Positions 47,001 through 59,000 of a stretch of 64,000 nucleotides of DNA are shown in pieces; position 1 is the stretch's first letter, and the number at the start of each line of letters is the position of its first letter. The stretch spans positions 55,306,001 to 55,370,000 of the forward strand of contig CM059438.1 in assembly GCA_030390025.1 (NCBI GenBank). The letters are read 5' to 3'. The DNA comes from Squalus acanthias. Lineage: Eukaryota. The notes beneath the pieces were generated by a model. It did not search any database, was not told the DNA's origin, and was given only the letters and a program-made list of their open reading frames with translations. The translations under genes and the position numbers were made by a program.

Positions 47001-50000
47001 GGAAATGGCAGAGACTTTAAACAAATATTTTGTATCTGTCTTGTAGAAGACACAAAAGGCATACCAAGGGGCTAATAAGAGTGCGGAACTTAAAGTAATT
47101 AATATCAGTAGAGAAAAAGTACTTGAGAAACTAATGGGACTAAAAGCCGACAAATCCCCTGGACCTGATGGCCTACATCCTAGGATTCTAAAAGAGGTAA
47201 CTGCACAGATAGTTGTGATCTTCCAAAATTCCCTAGATTCTAGAATGGTCCCAGTGGATTGGAAGGTAGCAAATGTAACCCCGCTATTCAAGAACGGAGG
47301 GAGAGAGAAAACAGGGAACTACAGCCCAGTTAGCCTGACATCAGTCGTCAGGAAAATGCTGGAATCCATTATTAACGGAAATTAAGCTCAATATAGAAAG
47401 TTCAGAGGGGAAGTGAAAAAGGAAATAAGAGGGCCAAAGAGGGTATGAGAATAGATCGGCAGCTAACATAAAAGGGAATCCAAAATTCTTCGATAGGCGT
47501 ATAAATAATAAACGCGGAGTAAGAGGTGAGGCCGGGCCGATTAGGGACCAAAATAGAGACCTACACATGGAGGCAGAGGGCATGGCTGAGGTACTAAATG
47601 AATACTTTGCATCTGTCTTTACCAAGGAAGAAGATGCTGCCAAAGTCATAGTGAAAGAGGAGGTAGTTGAGATACTGGATGGGATAAAAATCGATAAAGA
47701 GGTACTAGAAAGGCTGGCTGTACTTAAAGTAGATAAGTCACCAGGATCGGATGGGATGCATCCTAGGATGCTGAGGGAAGTAAAAATGGAAATTGCGGAG
47801 GTACTGGCCATAATATTCCAATCCTCCTTAGATACGGGGGTGGTGCCAGAGGACTGGAGAATTGCAAATGTTGCACCCTTGTTCAAAAAAGGGTGTAAGG
47901 ATAAACCCAGCAACTACAGGCCAGTCAGTTTAATCTCGGTAGTGGGGAAGCTTTTAGAAACGGTAATCTGGGACAAAATTAACAGTCACTTGGACAAGTG
48001 GATTAATTAAGGAAAACCAGCACAGATTTGTTAAAGACAAATCGTTTATAACTAACTTGATTGAGTTTTTTGATGCGGTAACAGAGAGGGTTGATGAGGG
48101 CAATGCGGTTGACGTGGTGTACATGGACTTCCAAAAGGCGTTTGATAAAGTGCCACATAGTAGGCTTGCCAGCAAAGTTGAAGCTCATGGAATAAAAGGG
48201 ACAGTGGCAGCATGGATATGAAATTGGCTAAGTGACAGGAAACAGAGAGTAGTGGTGAACGGTTGTTTTTTGGACTGGAGGAAGATACACAGTGGTGTTC
48301 CCCAGGGGTCGGTTCGAGGACCACTGCTTTTCTTGATATATATTAATGACTTGGGTGTACAGGGCACAATTTCAAAATTTCCAGATGACACAAAACTTGG
48401 AAGTATAGAGAACAATGAGGAGGATAGTGATAGACTTCAAGAGGACATAGACAGGCTGGTGGAAAGGGCGGACACGTGGCAGATGAAATTTCACGCAGAA
48501 AAGTCCGAAGTGATACATCTTGGTAAGAAGAACAAGGAGAAGCAATATAAACTAAAGGGTACAATTCTAAAGGGGGTGCATGAACAGAGAGACCTGGGGG
48601 TATATGTGCACAAATCGTTGAAAGTGGCAGGGCAAGTTGAGAAAGCAGTTAAAAAAGCATACGGGATCCTGGGCTTCATGAATAGAGGCACAGAGTACAA
48701 AAGCAAGGAAGTTATGATGAAACTTTATAAAACACTGGTTCAGCCTCAACTGGAGTATTGTGTCCCATTCTGGGCGCCGCACTTTAGGAAGGATGTGAAG
48801 GCCTTAGAGAGGGTGCAGAAAAGATTTACGAAAATGGTTCCAGGGATGAGGGACTTCAGTTATGTGGATAGACTGGAGAAGCTGGGGTTGTTCTCCTTGG
48901 CACAGAGAAGATTGAGAGGAGATTTGATAGAGGTGTTCAAAATCATGAGGGTTCTGGACAGAGTAGATAGAGAAAGACTGTTCCCATTGGCAGAAGGGTC
49001 GAGAACCAGAGGACACAGATTTAAGGTGATTGGCAGAAGAACCAAAGGCGACATGAGGAAAAACTTTTTTACGCAGCGAGTGGTTATGGTCTGGAATGCA
49101 CTGCCTGAAAGGGTGGTGGAGGCAGATTCAATCATGGCTTTCAAAAGCGAATTGGATAAGTACCTGAAGGAAAAAAATTTGCAGGACTACGGGGAAAGGG
49201 CGGTGGAGTGAAGTACTCTTGCAGAGAGCCGGCACGGGCTCGACGGGCCGAATGGCGGCCTCCTGTGCTGTAACCACTCTATGATTCTATGAAATGGTAA
49301 CGGTACTTAGAAAATCATAATATGATTAGGCAGAGTCAGCATGGTTTTATGACAGGGAAATCGTGTTTAACACATTTATTAGAGTTTTTTGAGGATGTAA
49401 CTAGCAGGGTAGATAAAGGGAAACCAGTGGATGTAGTATATTTGGATTTCCAAAAGGCATTCGATAAGGTGCCACATAAAAGGTTGCAACGCAAGATAAG
49501 GTCTCATGGGATTGGGGGTAATATACTAGCATGGATTGAGGATTGGTTAACGGACAGAAAACAGAGTAGGAATAAACGGGCCATTTTCGGGTTGGCAGGC
49601 TGTAACTAGTGGGGTACCGCAAGGATCAGTGCTTGGGCCTCAGCTATTCACAATCTATATCAATGAGTTGGATGAGGGGACCAAATGTAATATATCCAAG
49701 TTTGCTGATGATACAAAGCTGGGTGGGAATGTAAGTTGTGAGGAGGATGCAAGGAGGCTTCAAGGGGATATAGACAGGCTAAGTGAGTGGGCAAGAATAT
49801 GGCAAATGGAATATAATGTGGAGAAATGTGAAGTTATCCACTTTGGTAGGAAAAATAGAAAAGCAGAATATTTTTTAAATGGTGAGAGATTGGGAAATGT
49901 TGGTGTTCAGAGGGACCTGGGTGTCCTTGTACACAAATCACTGAAAGTTAACATGCAGGTACAGCAAACAATTAGGAAAGCAAATGGTATGTTGGCCTTT

Positions 50001-53000
50001 ATTACAAGAGGATTTGAGTATAAGAGTAAAGACGTCTTACTGCAATTATATAGGGCCCTGGTGAGACCACACCTGGAGTACTGTGCACAGTTTTGGTCTC
50101 CTTACCTAAGAAAGCGCACTTGTACTTGTACTTGTACTTCTCATTTTTGTCCACCCCAGTCCAACACTGGCATCTCTGCATCATACCTAAGGAAGGATAT
50201 ACTTGCCATAGAGGGAGTGCAACGAAGGTTCACCAGACTGGTTCCTGGGATGGGGGGATTGTCCTATGAGGACAGATTGAGTAGACTAGGCCTATATTCT
50301 CTAGAATTTAGAAGAATGAGAGGTGATCTCATTGAAGCATACAAAATTCTTACAGGGCAGATGCAGGGAGGATGTTTCCCCTGGCTGGGGAGTCTAGAAC
50401 CAGGGGTCACAGTCTCAGAATAAGTAGTCGGCCATTTAGCACTGAGATAAGGAGAAATTTCTTCACTCAGAGGGTGGTGAATCTTTGGAATTCTCTACCC
50501 AGAGGGCTGTGGAGACTCAGTCATTGAGTATATTCAAGACAGAGAGCGATAGATTTTTGAATATTAAGGGAATCAAGGAATATGGGAATAGTTCAGGAAA
50601 GTGGAGTTGAGGTAGAAGATCAGCCATGATCTTATTGAATGGCGGAGCAGGCTCGAGGGGCCAAATGGTCTACTCCTGCTCCTAATTCTTATGTTAGTTT
50701 CATGGTCACCATTACTGATACTAGCTTTTTATTCCAGATTTATTTAAATAACTGAATTTAAATTCCCCAGCTGCCGTGGTGGGATTTGAACTCATGTCTC
50801 TGGATTATTAGTCCAGGCCTCTGGATTACTAGCCCAGTGACAAACCACTATGCTACCGTTCCTGGGCAAGGTGCCCGCCAGCTGCTGTGAAACTGTAGCC
50901 CAAGAGTTGGTGCCTTCAGGAGAGGAGGGGGAACTGGGTGAAGAAAGGAACACTGGCCAGTAATTGCAGAGGAAAGAGGTGTGTGAATATAATTCAGCCG
51001 GTGCGTAAAGCCAGTGTGTTATTTATTGTTTAGATCGGGACTCCACCGTTGGATACCCATGAGCACTTCCTGGCAGAAGAAGAGAGGCTGAGTGAGCAGG
51101 AGAGACATAAAAGGTAGGGTGGTTCTAAATGTGCGTTCGTCAGAGATTGAACATCGAGTTTGTCTGTAAACTCCCGAGAGTCTCGAGAGTTCTGAGTGCC
51201 AGGAACTGTGTTACTAAGATTATATCGAAACTTTGTGTGCCAACTCACGAGAGCGAATGAGACTGAAGTTCAGCTACTTATTAGTTTATCTTTTATCTCT
51301 TGTCTAACGAACCGAGTTGAATTTTTTGAGAAGGTAACTAACATGGTAGGTAAGGGAGTGTCGATGGATGTTAATTATGTGGACTTGGAGAAGGCATTGG
51401 ACAAGGTTCCACACAAGAGACTGTTAATAAAAATGAGCGCATGGAATTGGAGGCAACCTATTGACATGGGTGGGGAATTGGTTAGGAGGTCGGAGACAGA
51501 GAGTAAGCATAATGGATGTGTTCTCAAATTGGCAGGATCTGACTAGTGGTGTCCCCCAGGGACCTGTACTGGGGGCTCAGCTTTTCACTATAGTTATAAA
51601 TGTCATGGATGAAACAATAAAGAGCCATATATCTGAGTTTGCTGATGACACTAAGTTAGGTGGCACAGTGTAGTGTAGATGGGAGCAGAAAGTTGCAAAG
51701 CGACATTGCTGGATTGAGTGAGTGGACAAAACTGTGGCAGATGGAGATCAGTGTGGGCCAGTGTGAGGTCCTCCACTCTGGACCTAAGAAAGATCGATCA
51801 GAGGATTCTCTCAATGGCAAGAAGCTCGCAACTGTGGAGGAGCAAAGAGATTTAGGGGCCCGAGTGTAGAAATCACTAACAGCTAGTGGACAAGTCCAAA
51901 AAATAATGAAAAAGGCTAGTGGAATGTTGTCATTTATCACAAGAGCGCTGGAATACAAAGGGGAGCAAAGTTATGCTGCAGTTATATAAAGCTCTGGTCA
52001 GACTCCATCTGGACACTGCGCTCAGTTCTGGGCACCGGGCCTCAGGAAGGATAGACTGGGCTTGGAGGGGGTGCAGCGCAGATTCACCAGAATCATACCG
52101 GGGATTTGGGGAACCTTCCAGTGAACAAATGATCCTTGGCACAAAAACTCTTCCTGCAGAATTCTGCAATAGGGACCCATCTCCTGGGACGGGCCGAGGA
52201 ACTTTTAGACTTCGCTTCAACATTGTTCGGCTCCCTCATTTGCTTTTAGTTGGTAAAGATACTGCCCCGTGTGTAACTGACCATTCACCGCCCCCTGTGT
52301 AACTGACCATTGACCGCCCCGTGTGTAACTGACCATTCACCGCCCCCTGTGTAACTGACCATTGACCGCCCCCTGTGTAACTGACCATTGACCGCCCCGT
52401 GTGTAACTGACCATTCACCGCCCCCTGTGTAACTGACCATTGACCGCCCCGTGTGTAACTGACCATTCACCGCCCCCTGTGTAACTGACCATTGACCACC
52501 CCGTGTGTAACTGACCATTCACCGCCCCCTGTGTAACTGACCATTGACTGCCCCGTGTGTAACTGACCATTCACCGCCCCCTGTGTAACTGACCATTGAC
52601 CGCCCCGTGTGTAACTGACCATTGACCGCCCCGTGTGTAACTGACCATTGACCGCCCCGTGTGTAACTGACCATTCACCGCCCCGTGTGTAACTGACCAT
52701 TCGCCGCCCGTGTGTAACTGACCATTGACCGCCCCGTGTGTAACTGACCATTCACCGCCCCGTGTGTAACTGACCATTGACCGCCCCGTGTGTAACTGAC
52801 CATTCACCGCCCCGTGTGTAACTGACCATTCACCGCCCCGTGTGTAACTGACCATTCACCGCCCCGTGTGTTTTGCCTCACCCTTTCTTTGAATGACATT
52901 GTGTGTTGTTCACTTTGGGCAGGTTTGAGAAGGTTTACACTCACACTTTATATTACCTTGCACAAGTCTACAAACACCTGGATATGAATGAGAAGGCTGC

Positions 53001-56000
53001 CTGGTACTGCCACACTACCCTGCAACGCCAGCTGCAGTTCACCCACTACAACCCCGTGGAGTGGGCCATCAATGCTGCCACCTTGTCACAGTATTATATC
53101 ACCAAGGTAAGCCTGCCTGCAGCAGCCCTCACTAGTGTTATTCGCGCCTGGTCCCAGGACCCCAGAGGCAGAGCCAGGCTACGTGCGGGGTTGATATGGG
53201 GATTTAAGGGCTGAGTTGAGATGTGAGCTCCCAGCCGCCTGCAACAGAAAGTGGCCGGCGCTCCCCATGGTATTCCATCCCTTGTGGAAAATCATCCCTT
53301 TCGACTTCGGAGAGAGGATTTCCAACAGAGCATCGCGAGCTTCTTCAGTAGAGTGGGGGAGACTGTGTGGGAGACGGGGCGGGGTGACTTGGGCGGGGTG
53401 ACTTGGGTGGGGTGGGGGCAGGAGAGATGGGGCTGGGCGACGGGACGGGTGTGGGGTCGGGACAGGGGGAGACTGGGGGGGTGGGAGGAGATGGGGCTGG
53501 GCAGAGACTGGGTGGGGAGGCGGTGCAGAACACAGCTGCCTGGCTAGTCTCGCTCTTGGTGCTGAAATGGGTGTCTGAGGTGAGGACGGAGCGGGTGGAG
53601 AGGGGTTTAAGGAGGCCGTTGGTGCTGGGAACAAGGAGCCTGGGGTTAACCTTGCCCCTAGGGTGACCCTGGAATGGTGGGGCGAGTTTGGGTGAGGAGA
53701 GTGAGGCCTGGCAGTGCCTGGTGTGGCCAAGTCAGATCAGGCGGGTTGATGCCCCTCAGACTGGGGGGAGTGAAGGTGGAAGCTGCAGGCGGGGACAGTG
53801 GGAACAAGGCGATTGAGGTGAGAGGCGAGAGCGCGGTTTCAGCAAATCAGCAGCATTGGTGGTGAGTGGCAGGCGGGGGCAGGAGGGGAGCTGGTTTGGG
53901 AATTTGAGGGTGAGGCTGTAGGGGTCCTGGGGGCAGTTCTTCCGATGGTGGATGGTGATAGTCTCTGTTAGCATTTTCTTTGCTGGTTTAGAAGCAGCCG
54001 GCAGGAAGGCCCCAGATTTAACCCTTGGTCTGTGCTGGATTAGCTGATCTCAGGCAGACGGTGAAAGGGAGCCACAATTGTCCTCAGTGTCCCAGGGCTC
54101 GACAGACCGACTGGGCAAAGTCCCCGAGACGCGGATAGCGCTCTGGTGATTCCTGCTGGAAGTAGTGGCAGGACAGGAATGGGCAGGGTGTTGGTGCTCC
54201 CGGCCAGCCAAGGCTCAGACTGGAAGAAAGGCCATTTTGGTCAGGACCCAGAGGGTCAGCAACTGTCGAGCTTAGCCAGCAGGAGGGAGCAGAGCCGTAC
54301 AACATCAGGAGAGAGCGGGGAGAGAGGCGGAGAGCGGGGAGAGAGGCGGAGAGCGGGGAGAGAGGCGGAGAGCGGGGAGCGGGAGAGAGGCACAGAGCGG
54401 AGAGAGAGCCGGAGTGCCGGAGTGCCGGGAGAGGGGCACAGAGCAGGCTGCGGGCCACAGGGCTCTGGCTGTACCCAGCAGGCTGACTGTTTGTCTTTCT
54501 CTCGAGCAGCAGTGGTTTATGGAAGGTCGGCTGTGCCTCGCTGCTTCCACCGTGATCTTCAACCAGGTGGGAGGCGTGTCCTCCCAATCCCCCGCAGAGG
54601 AAAGTAAGTTTGATTCTCTCGTGATGGTCTCAGTGTCTCAGCAATAATGTATATGAGAAACATTCAGAGCCTTTAAAGGTTGAACTGCGGAAGTGTTTTA
54701 ACAGTCTGTTCCTTGTGTGTAGAATCATGTCCCGTCTGAACACGGCCGTGCACCAGCTGCGATACATGGGGCTGGGTGTTGGACCGTGTGATATCTGGGC
54801 CCTGGAGCAGACTCACCAGGGTGTTCTCCCCTCCAAGGTGCTGCCTCATGCTAGAGATGGTTCTGCAGGCTCCCAACCGATCATTCTGTGTGTGTTGACA
54901 GGCTATTCAACCATGAAGGCGTTGTAGCCATGCCCGACACTGTCTTAACCCAATGTCTGTGCAGTCTCTAGTGGGGGATGGAGGTGGTGGGGAGTCACTG
55001 GGTTGTGACCAGAGTGCGAACCCTGACCGCCCCCCCCCCCCCCACTTTTTTCAAAGGGCACCGAGGCCAATGGAAGTGTCCCAACCCGTGCCCAGGGCCG
55101 AGACTGGCTCACTGGGCCCTGAACCCCAACCCGTGCCCAGGGCCGAGACTGGCTCACTGGGCCCTGAACCCCAACCCGTGCCCAGGGCCGAGACTGGCTC
55201 ACTGGGCCCTGAACCCCCAACCCCAACCCGTGCCCAGGGCCGAGACTGGCTCACTGGGCCCTGAACCCCAACCCGTGCCCAGGGCCGAGACTGGCTCACT
55301 GGGCCCTGAACCCCAACCCATGCCCAGGGCCGAGACTGGCTCACTGGGCCCTGAACCCCAACCCGTGCCCAGGGCCGAGACTGGCTCTCTGGGCCCTGAA
55401 CCCCAACACGTGCCCAGGGCCGAGACTGGGCCCTGAACCCCAACCCGTGCCCAGGGCCGAGACTGGCTCACTGGGCCCTCAACCCCAACCCGTGCCCAGG
55501 GCCGAGACTGGCTCACTGGGCCCTGAACCCCAACCCATGCCCAGGACCGAGACTGGCTCACTGGGCCCTGAACCCCAACCCGTGCCCAGGGCCGAGACTG
55601 GCTCACTGGGCCCTAAACCCCAACACGTGCCCAGGGCCGAGACTGGCTCTCTGGGCCCTCAACCCCAACCCGTGCCCAGGGCCGAGACTGGGCCCTGAAC
55701 CCCAACCCGTGCCCAGGGCTGAGACTGGCTCACTGGGCCCTGAACCCCAACCCGTGCCCAGGGCCGAGACTGGCTCACTGGGCCCTGAACCCCAACCCGT
55801 GCCCAGGGCTGAGACTGGCTCACTGGGCCCTGAACCCCAACCCTTGCCCAGGGCTGAGACTGGGCCCTGAACCCCAACCCTTGCCCAGGGCTGAGACTGG
55901 CTCACTGGGCCCTGAACCCCAACCCGTGCCCAGGGCCGACACTGGGCCCTGAATCCCAACCCGTGCCCAGGGCCGAGACTGGGCCGTGAATCCCAACCCG

Positions 56001-59000
56001 TGCCCAGGGCCGAGACTGGGCCCTGAACCCCAACCCGTGCCCAGGGCCGAGACTGGGCCCTGAACCCCAACCCGTGCCCAGGGACGAGACTGGCCCACTG
56101 GGCCCTGAACCCCAACCCGTGCCCAGGGCCGAGACTGGCTCACTGGGCCCTGAATCCCAACCCGTGCCCAGGGCTGAGACTGGCTCACTGGGCCCTGAAC
56201 CCCAACCCGTGCCCAGGGCCGAGACTGGCTCACTGGGCCCTGAACCCCAACCCGTGCCCAGGGCCGAGACTGGCTCACTGGGCCCTGAACCCCAACCCGT
56301 GCCCAGGGCCGAGACTGGCTCACTGGGCCCTGAACCCCAACCCGTGCCCAGGGCTGAGACTGGCTCACTGGGCCCTGAACCCCAACCCGTGCCCAGGGCC
56401 GAGACTGGCTCACTGGGCCCTGAACCCCAACCCGTGCCCAGGGCTGAGACTGGCTCACCGGGCCCTGAACCCCAACCCTTGCCCAGGGCTGAGACCGGCT
56501 CACTGAACCCCAACCCGTGCCCAGGGCCGAGACTGGCTCACTGGGCCCTGAACCCCAACCCGTGCCCAGGGCCGAGACTGGCTCACTGGGCCCTGAACCC
56601 CAACCCGTGCCCAGGGCCGAGACTGGCTCACTGGGCCCTGAACCCCAACCCGTGCCCAGGGCCGAGACTGGGCCCTGAATCCCAACCCGTGCCCAGGGCC
56701 GAGACTGGGCCCTGAATCCCAACCCGTGCCCAGGGCCGAGGCTGGGCCCTGAACCCCAACCCGTGCCCAGGGCCGAGACTGGCTCACTGGGCCCTGATTG
56801 GAAATGGATTGGGACCTTCTTGCGTTTTTGGCTAAGTACCACATCACATGGGTCATTCAGCCACTGAGCCAGCAGGGAGCTCCCAGAGAGCTTTGAACAG
56901 AGCCCCGGAGGCTGAGGTGGGGCAGTGGGTGTTGACCATTTGTCCTTTTACCCCACGGTGATTCGGAAGCTATTTCTGGAAGAAGCCCCATCAGTCCCAT
57001 AGACCAGTGACCATTGATCCCAACTAAAAGCACAGCAGGCACACCAACGCCGGAGAGATTTCAACAGAACATCGATCGGAGCTTTATGGAGCAGACACTC
57101 TGCAGGACGACAGTCCCCTGTCCCAGAGCAGGACACCTGTCCCCTGTCCCAGAGCAGGACAACAGTCCCCTGTCCCAGAGCAGGACACCTGTCCCCTGTC
57201 CCAGAGCAGGACAACAGTCCCCTGTCCCAGAGCAGGACACCTGTCCCCTGTCCCAGAGCAGGACGACTGTCCCCTGTCCCAGAGCAGGACGACTGTCCCC
57301 TGTCCCAGAGCAGGACGCCTGTCCCCTGTCCCAGAGCAGGACGACAGTCCCCTGTCCCAGAGCAGGACACCTGTCCCCTGTCCCAGAGCAGGACGACTGT
57401 CCCCTGTCCCAGAGCAGGACGACAGTCCCCTGTCCCAGAGCAGGACGCCTGTCCCCTGTCCCAGAGCAGGACGACAGTCCCCTGTCCCAGAGCAGGACGA
57501 CAGTCCCCTGTCCCAGAGCAGGACGCCTGTCCCCTGTCCCAGAGCAGGACGCCTGTCCCCTGTCCCAGAGCAGGACGCCTGTCCCCTGTCCCAGAGCAGG
57601 ACGACTGTCCCCTGTCCCAGAGCAGGACGCCTGTCCCCTGTCCCAGAGCAGGACGCCTGTCCCCTGTCCCAGAGCAGGACGCCTGTCCCCTGTCCCAGAG
57701 CAGGACGCCTGTCCCCTGTCCCAGAGCAGGACGCCTGTCCCCTGTCCCAGAGCAGGACGCCTGTCCCCTGTCCCAGAGCAGGACGCCTGTCCCCTGTCCC
57801 AGAGCAGGACGACTGTCCCCTGTCCCAGAGCAGGACGACTGTCCCCTGTCCCAGAGCAGGACGACTGTCCCCTGTCCCAGAGCAGGACGCCTGTCCCCTG
57901 TCCCAGAGCAGGACGCCTGTCCCCTGTCCCAGAGCCGGATGACTGTCCCCTGTCCCAGAGCAGGACGCCTGTCCCCTGTCCCAGAGCCGGACGACTGTCC
58001 CCTGTCCCAGAGCAGGACACCTGTCCCCTGTCCCAGAGCAGGACACCTGTCCCCTGTCCCAGAGCAGGACGACTGTCCCCTGTCCCAGAGCAGGACGACA
58101 GTCCCCTGTCCCAGAGCAGGACGCCTGTCCCCTGTCCCAGAGCAGGACGACAGTCCCCTGTCCCAGAGCAGGACGACAGTCCCCTGTCCCAGAGCAGGAC
58201 GCCTGTCCCCTGTCCCAGAGCAGGACGCCTGTCCCCTGTCCCAGAGCAGGACGCCTGTCCCCTGTCCCAGAGCAGGACGACTGTCCCCTGTCCCAGAGCA
58301 GGACGCCTGTCCCCTGTCCCAGAGCAGGACGCCTGTCCCCTGTCCCAGAGCAGGACGCCTGTCCCCTGTCCCAGAGCAGGACGCCTGTCCCCTGTCCCAG
58401 AGCAGGACGCCTGTCCCCTGTCCCAGAGCAGGACGCCTGTCCCCTGTCCCAGAGCAGGACGCCTGTCCCCTGTCCCAGAGCAGGACGACTGTCCCCTGTC
58501 CCAGAGCAGGACGACTGTCCCCTGTCCCAGAGCAGGACGACTGTCCCCTGTCCCAGAGCAGGACGCCTGTCCCCTGTCCCAGAGCAGGACGCCTGTCCCC
58601 TGTCCCAGAGCCGGACGACTGTCCCCTGTCCCAGAGCAGGACGCCTGTCCCCTGTCCCAGAGCAGGACGCCTGTCCCCTGTCCCAGAGCAGGACGACTGT
58701 CCCCTGTCCCAGAGCAGGACGCCTGTCCCCTGGCCCAACTTCACTGGAAAATTGAAGTGTTTGCAGTGAACCGAAGTCCAGGGATGTGGAACGATGTGAA
58801 CTGCTCGCAGAGACTGCTTCTCTTTTAACTCAGATTGTTCTAAAAAATTCAGCCCCAAGAGGTTACTACCCGAATCCTTGCCTCATATTTCCACTCACTG
58901 AGTGGGGCTAATGGGAAACACTCAGCAAGACCTTTATCTCCAACACAGGTGAAGAGGAGAGGGAACGCCGTGACCAGCTCCAACAGAAGAAGGCAGAAAT

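Noticed and set aside
50770..50862. tRNA gene
   Set aside because: A and B boxes are present but too widely spaced, there is no clear acceptor stem, and the sequence continues into a retroelement body.
54945..58858. Long repetitive ORFs (up to 636 aa) on both strands
   Set aside because: Translations of the 45/37-bp and 26-bp minisatellites inside KIFBP intron 5.
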